In this document: positions 40,116 to 54,684 of the stretch, one piece after another
How the letters are laid out: each line of letters opens with the position of its first letter
Numbering within the stretch: position 1 is the first letter of the stretch
DNA from: Macrostomum lignano
Lineage: Eukaryota
Direction: 5' to 3'
Length of the DNA: 64,000 nt
NCBI GenBank assembly: GCA_002269645.1
Contig: NIVC01001730.1
Coordinates: forward strand, 1-64,000
Program-made: the position numbers and the translations under genes
Notes under the pieces: generated by a model
Databases searched by the model: none
What the model was told of the DNA's origin: nothing
The model's input: the letters and a program-made list of their open reading frames with translations, nothing else

Positions 40116-40914
40116 AATGCTATCGATGACACCACTCATAGATTAAACCCCTCAGTCGGGAAGCTCATGAGTGTGCTCATAATCATAATCATCAGCCACC
40201 GCATTGCTCATTTATGAATGAAGCACCCATAAATCATTATTACATCGCAAGCAATAATCAGCCGAACCAGCCCAGACACCTGTCAATCATTTCTAGTCCA
40301 GTATTGCGAAATCACGCGAGCTTGTCAGAGCGCGGGCCCTGCCGTCAAATCCCGCTCTGCACCGCCAGTCCGCTGATGCTTAATAGTGCAATCCTCAAAT
40401 AAATATGTTGGCTGAAGCTGGGATGAAGCTGGAACTGTCTCTGGGTACTACTGTATCTTTACAGCCTCCTCCTGAGCTGCTGCGCGTTGAGGAGTAAAGG
40501 AAAGAAAAATGGGATTATAAGGAGGGGAGGAGCAGCAGGGGCTCTGATTGTTGATTGACACACCACGCTGCGAACTCTCACTCGACCTGTGTCTCCTGGT
40601 CCCCTGAATTATTTATGGCGTCTCGTCCCACCCTCCCAGCCAAACTCTTCAAACTGGGGGGGGGGGGGGGGTGAAAGGAGGGGCAAAGCTCCCAGCCATA
40701 AGGGGGGGCGGTTATTCCTAAAAAATGGGGTAGAGCGAAACAATGCAGTGTAGCAATTCTTTCCCACTTTGAGAGCAGATCCTGTCAAAACAGGGGCCTC
40801 TGCAGCACTTCAGATTGGTTGACGGCAAATTCTGCGTTAAATAACGCTCTGTTCTACACGAAATCACCCGACAGACAGCTTTCCCTGGCTTTGTTCTGAT
40901 ATTTAGGTTAGATT

Positions 40915-41894
40915 GAGAGAGGGATAGAGAGATAGGTAGCTAGAGAGAGAGAGAAAAAGAGAGAGGGAGAGGGGGAGGGAAGAGGGGAGGTGTGACAGTG
41001 GGAGAGGAGAGAGGGAGAGAGACACGAAGAGAGGGAGAGATGGAGAGAGGGAGAGATGGAGAGAGGGAGAGAGTGAGAGAGGGAGAGATGGAGAGAGGGA
41101 GAGATGGAGAGAAGAAGAGAGAGAGGGAGAGAAGAAGAGAGAGAGGGAGAGAAGAAGAGAGAGAGGGAAAGAAGAAGAGAGAGAGGGAGAGAAGAAGAGA
41201 GAGAGGGAGAGAAGAAGAGAGAGAGGGAGAGAAGAAGAGAGAGAGGGAGAGAAGAAGAGAGAGAGGGAGAGAAGAAGAGAGAGAGGGATAAAAGAAGAGA
41301 GAGGAAGAGAAGAAGAGAGAAAAGTAGAGAGAAGTAGAGAAGTAGAAGAAGAGACAGAAGAAGAGAGAGAGGGAGAGAAGAGAGAGAGAGAAGAAGAGAG
41401 AGAGAGAGAGAAGAAGAGAGAGAGGGAGAGAAGAAGAGAGAGAGAGAGAGAAGAAGAGACAGAGGGAGAGAAGAAGAGAGAGAGGGAGAGAGACACAAAG
41501 AGAGGGAGAGATGGAGAGAGGGAGAGAATGAGAGAAGAAGAGAGAGGGAGAGAGGGAGTGATGGAGAGAGGGAGAGAATGAGAGAAGAAGAGAGAGGGAG
41601 AGAAGAAGAGAGAGAGGGAGAGAAGAAGAGAGAGAGAGAGAAGAAGAGAGAGGGAGAGAAGAAGAGAGAGAGGGAGAGAAGAAGAGAGAGAGGGAGAGAA
41701 GAAGAGAGAGAGAGAGAGAAGAAGAGAGAGGGAGAGAAGAAGAGAGAGAGAGAGAGAAGAAGAGAGAGAGGGAGAGAAGAGAGAGAGAGAGAGAGAAGAA
41801 GAGAGAGAGGGAGAGAAGAAGAGAGAGAGGGAGAGAAGAAGAGAGAGAGAGAGAAGAAGAGAGAGAGGGAGAGAAGAAGAGAGAGAGAGAGAGA

Positions 41895-41936
<42 letters not shown>

Positions 41937-42010
41937 AGAGAGAAGAAGAGAGAGAGGAGGGAGAGATGGAGAGAGGGAGAGATGGAGAGAGAACGAGGGA
42001 GAGAGGAGAA
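40915..42010. repeat. GA-rich polypurine array (GAGAAGAAGAGAGAGAGG)
   Basis: Direct reading. Confidence 0.95.
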
Positions 42011-42494
42011 AAGGACAAGCTGAGACTGAGAGGTAGCGAGGGAGTCGGGAGCACACAAGAGAGATATACAAGCAGCAAAAGCCGCTTATATCCCAGCCAG
42101 TGCGGCAGCCGCAGCCCTCACTCAGTGAGCTGCTGGAAAGTGGTTGTTTTCCCCAGCTGCATCAATTATGAAAATACTATTAATGTTCAAATCGCAGTCA
42201 GACTGTCAGACAGACTGGGTTCCGTGATGCCAGACCTCAGTCCAACGCACCCCATCATATTTACCTGGCGCCTTCGCCCGGGCGCCCCCAGCAAAACACG
42301 AGATTATAAAACAATTAAAAGAACAAAGAGATTTTTACCGCTCCATGATGCTGAGTCACGCTTGATTTCGAAAATTTATAATAAAAACATTTTACGTTGA
42401 GTAAAAATTCTGAATGTTTTAACGCTTTAATTTTACTAGATTGCTAATCTCTCTCACTCCTCTCTTATCTATCCTATCACCCTATCTCCGTCTC

Positions 42495-43385
42495 TTCCTC
42501 TCTCACTCTCTCACTCTCTTACTCTCTCACTCTCTCACTCTCTCACTCTCTCACTCTCTTATTCTCTCACTCTCTCACTCTCTCACTCTCTTATTCTCTC
42601 ACTCTCTCACTCTCTCACTCTCTCATTCTCTCACTCTCTCACTCTCTCACTCTCTTATTATCTCACTCTCTCGCTCTCTCACTCTCTTATTCTCTCACTC
42701 TCTCACTCTCTCACTCTCTCACTCTCTCACCCTCTCACTCTCTTATTCTCTCACTCTCTCACTCTCTCACTCTCTCACTCTCTCACTCTCTCACTCTCTC
42801 ACTCTCTTATTCTCTCACTCTCTCACTCTCTCACTCTCTCACTCTCTCACTCTCTCACTCTCTCACTCTCTCACTCTCTCACTCTCTCACTCTCTTATTC
42901 TCTCACTCTCTCACTCTCTCACTCTCTCACTCTCTCACTCTCTCACTCTCTTATTCTCTCACTCTCTCACTCTCTCACTCTCTCACTCTCTTATTCTCTC
43001 ACTCTCTCACTCTCTCACTCTCACTCTCTCACTCTCTTATTCTCTCACTCTCTCACTCTCTCACTCTCTCACTCTCTTATTCTCTCACTCTCTCACTCTC
43101 TCACTCTCTCACTCTCTTATTCTCTCACTCTCTCACTCTCTTATTCTCTCACTCTCTCACTCTCTCACTCTCTCACTCTCTCACTCTCTCACTCTCTTAC
43201 TCTCTCACTCTCTCACTCTCTCACTCTCTCACTCTCTTATTCTCACTCTCTCACTCTCTCACTCTCTCACTATTCTCTCACTCTCTCACTCTCTTATTCT
43301 CTCACTCTCTCACTCTCTCACTCTCTCACTCTCTCACTCTCTTACTCTCTCACTCTCTCAGTCTCTCATTCTCTCACTCTCACTC
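42495..43385. repeat. CT-rich array (CTCTCA / CTCTCTCA units)
   Basis: Direct reading. Confidence 0.95.
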
Positions 43386-43749
43386 TCTGATGTCCCCCTC
43401 TCTTATCATGATTTATCAAATCTTCTTAACTCTCCTACTACTTCCATTTCCTTGCAATTCCCCTCTTCCCAGCATCTCCCCGCTACTCCCACATTACTTT
43501 TTCACCCCGAACTTGCCCGCCAACTACCTCTCACCCCCTCAGCCTCCCTAACATCTGATTTCCCATATTGTCCCCATAATTTCTCCATCGTTAGCGTGAA
43601 TTACTCCAATCTGCATTATTATTTACATATCTACCAACCCATTTGCCCAACTCATTCTACGAAATCAAGCCGCTAACCAAGGTGGAAAAAAGGCGCAAGA
43701 AAACACGGAGCCACATTGCCTTAATAATTCACCTGACTGGGGTGGGGCC

Positions 43750-43809
43750 GGGGCGTGTGGGGGGCAATTAAAAAACCTGTCTCCCGTTAAAGCGCATGCG
43801 CAATATAAT
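43750..43809 (+). promoter_or_regulatory. Promoter-like motif cluster (GC/KLF box, NRF1-type palindrome, TATA-like)
   Basis: GGGGCGTG 43750-43757, GCGCATGCGC 43792-43801 and TATAAT 43804-43809, about 170-230 nt upstream of ATG 43982. Confidence 0.35.
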
Positions 43810-43981
43810 GCAGCAATAAATTTGCTTAAAAAATCACCCAGCTATCAGTGGAGTAACAGTGGATGTTGCATTAGCAGTGCAATAACAGCCGGTGAAATCC
43901 GCTACCTTATTGCGCAATTTGCAATAACCGCACCAGTGCATTTGGGTTGAGCCGCACACGAAGAACAGATTGATACAATCA

Positions 43982-44087
43982 ATGGTTAACGCTCGTGCTC
44001 TGCTAGCGTTTGTAGCAGTATTGATTTACAGTATTCTGACTTATAATGCCAAACCAAAAGATAAATTTTTACGACTATGGGACATAG
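43982..44087 (+). CDS. Candidate first exon of a small secreted or membrane peptide (MVNARALLAFVAVLIYSILTYNAKPKDKFLRLWDIG)
   Basis: ATG at 43982, a 16-residue hydrophobic stretch then basic residues, ending at TAG|GTGAGTAAG (donor 44088, phase 1). If unspliced it ends ...DIGE* (37 aa). Too short to appear in the ORF track. Confidence 0.35.
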
Positions 44088-44660
44088 GTGAGTAAGCTCT
44101 TTTGGACAGGACTCGAGCTCGGGACCTTCGAGACAGGTGAGTAAGCTCTTTTGAACAGGACTCGAGCTCGGGACCTTCGAGACAGGTGAGTAAACTCTTT
44201 TGAACAGGACTCGAGCTCGGGACCTTCGAGACAGGTGAGTAAGCTCTTTTGAACAGGACTCGAGCTCGGGACCTTCGAGACAGGTGAGTAAACTCTTTTG
44301 GACAGGACTCGAACTCGGGACCTTCGAGACAGGTGAGTAAGCTCTTTTGGACAGGACTCGAGCTCGGGACCTTCGAGACAGGTGAGTAAGCTCTTTTGAA
44401 CAGGACTCGAGCTCGGGACCTTCGAGACAGGTGAGTAAACTCTTTTGGACAGGACTCGAACTCGGGACCTTCGAGACAGGTGAGTAAGCTCTTTTGGACA
44501 GGACTCGAGCTCGGGACCTTCGAGACAGGTGAGTAAGCTCTTTTGGACAGGACTCGAGCTCGGGACCTTCGAGACAGGTGAGTAAGCTTTTAGACAGGAC
44601 TCGAGCTCGGGACCTTCGAGACAGGTGAGTAAGCTCTTTTGGAGAGGACTCGAGCTCGGG
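44088..44660 (+). repeat. 49-bp tandem array GTGAGTAAGCTCTTTTG(G/A)ACAG-GACTCGAGCTCGGGACCTTCGAGACAG with splice-site-like unit
   Basis: 12 donor-like CAG/TAG|GTGAGTAA copies at a 49-nt period (one unit 47 nt) and 11 complete 27-nt segments. Confidence 0.95.
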
Positions 44661-45249
44661 ACTCAAGATTCCTCTACCAGCTATAATTAGCCTGGGAAAT
44701 TTCTCCCAGGTGTCTCGTATTGAGCAGCACAGGGCAGATTTGCAATGGAGAGCTTTCTCCTAGAGGAAGAAAAAGTGCAACTCCAAGCCCCAACTCCGCC
44801 CAAGGAACAATCCAGCTGCTTCGGATGAAGCAGCAACGGGAAACAAGAAAATCCGTTAAGCAAAAAAGCAATAGCCAGCAACAACAAAAGCAACAATGGA
44901 GCGAAAAGCTGTCAGACTGTACCTACCGGATATTGCTAGCTATGAACCCTTGCTCCAAGATCCATTGTCTGCCTCAGCTACAAGAGACAGAGAGTGAGAT
45001 GGCTAGAAGGCTTTGAACAATAAATCTATATTTTTGTGAAAAAAAGCAAGGGAAACCGGATATTCTAAAAAGAAGACCCGATCCGCAGTCCAGAAAGGTC
45101 TTCACGATGCGGCCAAAATCTCCATTTTGCTAGGGCGGTTAGGCCAGTGTTCTGGGCTTGCCAAGTTTCTGTGTGCTGCCGGCCAATTAATGTAGATGCA
45201 GCTTATGCGCAAGAATTCATGTTTCTCATTTTTTAATTTGATCTGCATT

Positions 45250-45905
45250 CTCCTTTCCGCCCTCTCTTCCGCCCTCTCTTCCGCCCTCTCTTCCGCTCTC
45301 TCTTCCGCCCTCTCCTCCACTCGCTCTTCCACCCTCTCTTCCGCCCTCTCTTCCGCCCTCTCATCCACTCTCTCTTTCGCCCTCTCTTCCGCCCTCTCTT
45401 CCGCCCTCTCCTCCACTCTCTCTTTCGCCCTCTCTTCCGCCCTCTCTTCCACCCACTCCTCCACTCGCTCTTCCACCCTCTCTTCCACCCTCTCTTCCAT
45501 CCTCTCTTCCGCCCTCTCTTCCGCCCTCTCTTCCGCTCTCTCTTCCGCCCTCTCCTCCACTCTCTCTTTCGCCCTCTCTTCCGCCCTCTATTCCGCCCAC
45601 TCCTCCACTCTCTCTTCCGCCCTCTCTTCCACCCTCTCTTTCATCCTCTCTTCCGCCCTCTCTTCCGCCCACTCCTGCACTCTCTCTTCCGCTCTCTCTT
45701 CCGCCCTCTTTTCCGCCCCTATTTTCCACCCTCTCTTCTGCCCTCTCTTCCGCTCTCACCTTCTTCTCTACCGCCTCTTTTCCGCCCTCTCTTCCGCCCT
45801 CTCTTCCGCCCCTTTTTTCCGCCCTCTCTTCTGCCCTCTCTTCCGCTCTCTCTTCCGCTCTCTCTTCCGCCCTCTCTCCCGCCCTCTCTTCCGCCCTCAC
45901 TTCCT
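45250..45905. repeat. 12-bp minisatellite CTCTTCCGCCCT
   Basis: Direct reading, degenerate. Confidence 0.9.
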
Positions 45906-46789
45906 CCCTCTTTACCACCCTCCACACAGTACTTCGAAATTTTTTTATGGCTTTCAACTTGAAAAATAAATCATACACATTCACATTGCTTTTTTCTTGT
46001 CTTTCCGATACACTGATGGACAGTCTCAAGTGCGAGCTTACCCCATCGCTAAAGCTGTAGCCCAGATTCCTGCTCTTCTGGGAACTGCATGGCAGTCCAG
46101 CCTCTGTAGGGTAAAAGAAATACCTTCTCATTTTCTTTTCGCTCGAGACACATTTTTGCCATCCATCCCTGAGTTTCTGCTGCTTCAAGAGGAAGACTGG
46201 GAAAGCAGGGAGCGGCCCTCTTCCGCAAGGATATTTCTATCCAAAATAATCCCCCCCCCGAAATGCATAAACTTCTGTTCTGAAAAGGCCGCCTCCCCCC
46301 AACACGCATAAGACAATTTATTTCAGTTGCTTGCCTCATTTCCCGGCGCAGACTTTTATATCCTCCTATTTTTCCCGAGGAAGGGGCGGAGGCAGGGGAT
46401 TAACTGCCCCCCCACCCCAGTCTTCTTGCTGGACTCTCCGGCCAGAGGAGGTCGCCAGCCAAAGGATTTTCTAGGGGGATAATTCTCCAATTCTTTCTCC
46501 CACTTGCATCGGACTAGGATTGAATGAAAATGAGGCGCTGGGAGGGGAGGGGGCGGGCGGTTTGGCGGGGGACAATAATTCTTACTTTCTTCCGCCGAAG
46601 AAAGGCAATCCGCTGGCCCCGCCTTAGCAGCCAGAAAATCCCCGCCATGCACCCCCAAGCAGTTTGATTGTGCCAGTAAAATTCTCCGGAATATTTTTGG
46701 CGGAAGATATTGCGCACCTCTGCGTGAAAATTATTATTGAGAGCCAAACTCATTTAGGGCTGGGCAAATAGAGGGTGAAGGCAGGGTGG

Positions 46790-47275
46790 GAGAGAGAGAG
46801 TGACAGACAGAAAGAGAGTGACAGAAAGGAGTGACAGAAAGGAGTGACAGAGAGCGACAGAAAGAGAGTGACAGAAAGGAGTGAGAGAGAGTGATAGACG
46901 ACAGAGAGTGACGGAAAGGAGTGAGAGAAAGAGTGACGGAAAGGAATGAGAGAGAGTGACGGAAAGGAGTGAGAGAGAGTGACGGAAAGGAGTGAGAGAA
47001 AGAGTGACGGAAAGGAATGGGAGAGAGTGACGGAAAGGAGTGAGAGAGAGAGAGAGTGATAGACAGACAGAGAGTGACGGAAAGGAGTGAGAGAGAGAGT
47101 GACGGAAAGGAGTGAGAGAGAGTGACGGAAAGGAATGAGAGAGAGTGACGGAAAGGAGTGAGAGAGAGACAGACAGTGAGAGTGACGGGAAGGAGTGAGA
47201 GAGAGACAGACCGAGAGAGTGACGGGAAGGAATGAGAGAGAGACAGACAGACAGAGTGACGGGAAGGAGCGAGAG
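46790..47275. repeat. GA-rich minisatellite with GAGTGACGGAAAGGA core
   Basis: Direct reading; variable unit length. Confidence 0.9.
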
Positions 47276-47723
47276 CGTAACTCCTTTCGAAGAATCGCCA
47301 GCAGCCTCTGACAATCCACGAAACTGCTAAAAGCAGAAACCACAAAAATCAGAAAGAATCGAACGCCACCAGCCGACACAAAAGAAAGAGAAGAAAGTGC
47401 AGCCTCACTCGTAGTAGCATTAAAATCGGTGCTTGATAGAGCTGAAAGTGAAACGGAAACTGGATGGCAATTGATGAAGCCGGCAGGCTGAAGAAGCCTC
47501 AGAAGAGAGCCTGTATGAATTGCTGTACTTAGGAGAAGCACAGGACCCACCCTCTTTCTCCGCTGCGGTTCAGCCTTCGGACCCGCCACTTTATCCCCGA
47601 TCATAATCGGTACAAAAAATCTGTTCCAAGTGCAGGAAACTGTGCGGCCTCACTTGAAACTCCTGGCTGCTTGCTGGCGCTCCTAGAAGAAGAGAGTTGC
47701 TTAGCATAGCGCAGTTTTTGCGG

Positions 47724-48826
<1,103 letters not shown>

Positions 48827-49074
48827 GGCACGTGAATGGAGCGCAAGCAGACAGATAAGTTGCAGACAGTCACGGGCCACTCGTGTCCATAAAGTTCCCT
48901 AAAGTAGATTGTCATGTTTCAGTTTAGGCTGTTCCAGATAAAGTTGAACGAGTACTTCATGTATTGTCTGTCTGCCGTAAGATGTATGAAAGTGAAGTGA
49001 TTTTAAGAATCCATTAAGAATATATTTATGCATTTTGGTTACAGTTTCACAAGAGAGTGACTCACGTGGCATTT

Positions 49075-49510
49075 TAAGTGACTCTCCTACAGTAGCCAGA
49101 GTGACTCTTCCACAGCCAGAGTGACTCTTCCACTGCCAGAGTGACTCTCCTGCAGCCAGAGTGACTCTCCTACAGTTGTCAGAGTGACTCTTCTACAGCC
49201 AGAGTGACTCTTCTACAGCCAGAGTGACTCTTCTACAGCCAGAGTGACTCTTCTACAGCCAGAGTGACTCTTCTACAGCCAGAGTGACTCTTCTACAGTA
49301 GTCAGAGTGACTCTCTTACAGTCAGAGTGACTCTCTTACAGTTAGAGTGACTCTCCTGCAGCCAGAGTGACTCTTACAACCAGAGTGACTCTTACAGCCA
49401 GAGTGACTCTCTTACAGTCAGAGTGACTCTCCTGCAGCCAGAGTGACTCTCCCACAGCCAGAGTGACTCTCCCACAGCCAAAGTGACTCTCCTGCAGCCA
49501 GAGTGACTCT
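49075..49510. repeat. ~20-bp minisatellite CAGAGTGACTCTTCTACAGC
   Basis: Direct reading. Confidence 0.9.
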
Positions 49511-50194
49511 TTGCCAACCGTTACAGACTGACAATAACTCTGTCAGTAATCTATAACTGATTTATCTCAATGAACCTTAAGCCACCAATTCCTAGGTAAA
49601 TGTTTGCCGCAGTACCATAAAGACAATGACAGGCAAACTCTCGAGCTGTACTTCCCGTCCAGACAGTCATTTATTTTAGTTGCAGTGTTAATCCCTGAAC
49701 TGGAACCCAGGACACTAATCATGATTGAATTTGGAGCTGGGGCCTAGGAGGAGTTTTGTACGCTAGACTTCTGGGCAGTAATTGCTAGCTTTGATATTTT
49801 TCCCATTTTTGCTCTCGCGATGGAACTGGGAAGGCTTATGGGTATAGCTGTACGCAATCAGTGACTTTGAGGTCCATATTGTCGCGACTGTCACAAAGGC
49901 GCCCAGCCAGTGAAGTTGGGAATCGATAAGCTATAATTAAATCCCCATATATCTATCCGCGCGCGCCTGATCTCCACAAACCGGACTGTTCTGACTGCCA
50001 CCTCACAACTGTATGCTCCTACAAATTAGATTCTTTCTTATTGTTAATGCATGCAGACATTTGACTCACGCAGAGAAGAGATGCCAAAATGCGTGCTTGA
50101 GTGCAGCCCTGACTGTGCTCAAATATACGGAAGTACGGGAGTCACGAATCCATAAGTTAGTGCTCCAGTTGTATCTAATCATTAGAAACCATTG

Positions 50195-50735
50195 TCTATG
50201 GCATGAACCACTCCATCTAAACACTGACTATGGCCTAAACTACTCCATATAAACACTGTCTATGGCCTAAACTACTCCATATAAACACTGTCTATGGCAT
50301 GAACCACTCCATCTAAACACTGTCTATGGCCTTGACTACTCCATCTAAACACTGTCTATGGCCTAAACTACTCCATCTAAACACTGTCTATGGCCTAAAC
50401 TACTCCATATAAACACTGTCTATGGCCTAAACTACTCCATCTAAACACTGTCTATGGCCTAAACTACTCCATATAAACACTGTCTATGGCCTAAACTACT
50501 CCATATAAACACTGTCTATGGCATGAACCACTCCATCTAAACACTGTCTATGGCCTAAACTACTCCATATAAACACTGTCTATGGCCTAAACTACTCCAT
50601 CTAAACACTGTCTATGGCCTAAACTACTCCATATAAACACTGTCTATGGCCTGAACTGCTCTATCTAAACACTGTCTATGGCCAGAACCACTCCATTTAA
50701 ACACTGTTATGGCATGAACTGCTCCATCTAAACCC
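50195..50735. repeat. 32-bp minisatellite CTATGGCCTAAACTACTCCAT(A/C)TAAACACTGT
   Basis: Direct reading. Confidence 0.95.
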
Positions 50736-50968
50736 CATCGGACACCACTGTCTATGGCCTCAAACATAATTATTTCATATTGTCCATTTTGCCGATTTCC
50801 AATCTCCCATATACCCCAGATCTTAATTAGACTCGGACATCTAATGAGGAAGAAAGAACCAACAGAAACTACAAAAAATTGTCGATTTTCTTTTGCACTT
50901 TAAGCAAACTTTCTCAACAAGTGCTCCCCCTGCTCTGGCGAGAATCTCGGACTCTGTAGAGACAGAAT

Positions 50969-51000
<32 letters not shown>

Positions 51001-51826
51001 TGTGACTTGGAGTCTGCCCATCACTTCAAGTCTTGAATTTGGTTTGCTATGTGAAAGTGGCTCGAGTGGACCCCCTGCCCTACTCTCTCTGCACCCAGCA
51101 AGTCAGGGACTGCCAGTTATTGAGTTTCAGCCTCAACAATGCTGGGAGATCGATATTATCGGTAAGGGAGGGGGGAGCAGTTCAAGGAAAAACCCGCCGC
51201 ACAAGTCTACAATTGACAACACGGCCGGGCACTCGAGCTGGCGCGGCAATCAAGCTCTAGGGCAGGCGTTGCGATGAAGGAGCAGGCTGGATGCTGGATG
51301 GACAGAGGCTGAGCCCAAATTACGACTTTCTCTCCGAGCTCATTCGGCTTGTCCCGGTCGCCGAAGAGCTTCTTTAAGTCCGCCTAGAATTTCCAGTTAA
51401 AGAAAAGTGTTCAGCAAGGGAGACTGGAAGGGGCAGATGAAGAGGGACTGGCCCGGCACCCGTTTAACGAACTTGGTTCGAGTTTATCCCCCCAGGCCAC
51501 CCGAGCGAGGAGGAGGGGACTTTGAGAAGGGGATTTGAAGCCGGCGAAAAGGCGTTCGTACAAAACAGAAATCCGATATCCTCATCGGAAAGAAAAGAAA
51601 GATTTTGGGCCTCTCCAGTCAGAGCTGGGGGAAGTCGGCATTTCCGAGTTCAATGCAAAATCGGTTCAAATCCGATAACGACACGGGAGTGCCTGCTTGG
51701 GATTCTGGCGGGGGACAGGGGAGCTGATTGAGTTATGGCCGAGATGGAGAGGAAAAAATCGCTTTGACTTCAAGTCGCAATGCTTTTTTGTTGACAAGCA
51801 AACTTTCAATTTATTCGCGTTGCAAT

Positions 51827-53177
51827 CGGGGATCGGGATCAGGGATCGGGATCAGGGATCGGGATCAGGGATCGGGATCAGGGATCGGGATCAGGGATCG
51901 GGATCAGGGATCGGGATCAGGGATCGGGATCAGGGATCGGGATCAGGGATCGGGATCAGGGATCGGGATCAGGGATCGGGATCAGGGATCGGGATCAGGG
52001 ATCGGGATCAGGGATCGGGATCAGGGATCGGGATCAGGGATCGGGATCAGGGATCGGGATCAGGGATCGGGATCAGGGATCGGGATCAGGGATCGGGATC
52101 AGGGATCGGGATCAGGGATCGGGATCAGGGATCGGGATCAGGGATCGGGATCAGGGATCGGGATCAGGGATCGGGATCAGGGATCGGGATCAGGGATCGG
52201 GATCAGGGATCGGGATCAGGGATCGGGATCAGGGATCGGGATCAGGGATCGGGATCAGGGATCGGGATCAGGGATCGGGATCAGGGATCGGGATCAGGGA
52301 TCGGGATCAGGGATCGGGATCAGGGATCGGGATCAGGGATCGGGATCAGGGATCGGGATCAGGGATCGGGATCAGGGATCGGGATCAGGGATCGGGATCA
52401 GGGATCGGGATCAGGGATCGGGATCAGGGATCGGGATCAGGGATCGGGATCAGGGATCGGGATCAGGGATCGGGATCAGGGATCGGGATCAGGGATCGGG
52501 ATCAGGGATCGGGATCAGGGATCGGGATCAGGGATCGGGATCAGGGATCGGGATCAGGGATCGGGATCAGGGATCGGGATCAGGGATCGGGATCAGGGAT
52601 CGGGATCAGGGATCGGGATCAGGGATCGGGATCAGGGATCGGGATCAGGGATCGGGATCAGGGATCGGGATCAGGGATCGGGATCAGGGATCGGGATCAG
52701 GGATCGGGATCAGGGATCGGGATCAGGGATCGGGATCAGGGATCGGGATCAGGGATCGGGATCAGGGATCGGGATCAGGGATCGGGATCAGGGATCGGGA
52801 TCAGGGATCGGGATCAGGGATCGGGATCAGGGATCGGGATCAGGGATCGGGATCAGGGATCGGGATCAGGGATCGGGATCAGGGATCGGGATCAGGGATC
52901 GGGATCAGGGATCGGGATCAGGGATCGGGATCAGGGATCGGGATCAGGGATCGGGATCAGGGATCGGGATCAGGGATCGGGATCAGGGATCGGGATCAGG
53001 GATCGGGATCAGGGATCGGGATCAGGGATCGGGATCAGGGATCGGGATCAGGGATCGGGATCAGGGATCGGGATCAGGGATCGGGATCAGGGATCGGGAT
53101 CAGGGATCGGGATCAGGGATCGGGATCAGGGATCGGGATCAGGGATCGGGATCAGGGATCGGGATCAGGGATCGGGA
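51827..53177. repeat. Essentially perfect 13-bp array GGGATCAGGGATC
   Basis: No variant units seen over about 1.35 kb. Confidence 0.97.
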
Positions 53178-53262
53178 TGCAGTTCGAAATAAATAGGTGA
53201 CAACAGGCGTCCCATTGATTTTCAAAACCGGATACGTTTGCTTTGGACTATGTGAGAGAGAG

Positions 53263-54684
<1,422 letters not shown>

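Noticed and set aside
49075-49510. 20-bp array parsing as 5-nt exons with 15-nt introns (ctacAG|CCAGA|GTGACT)
   Set aside because: Not frame-preserving, the intron is implausibly short, and there is no adjacent leader exon.
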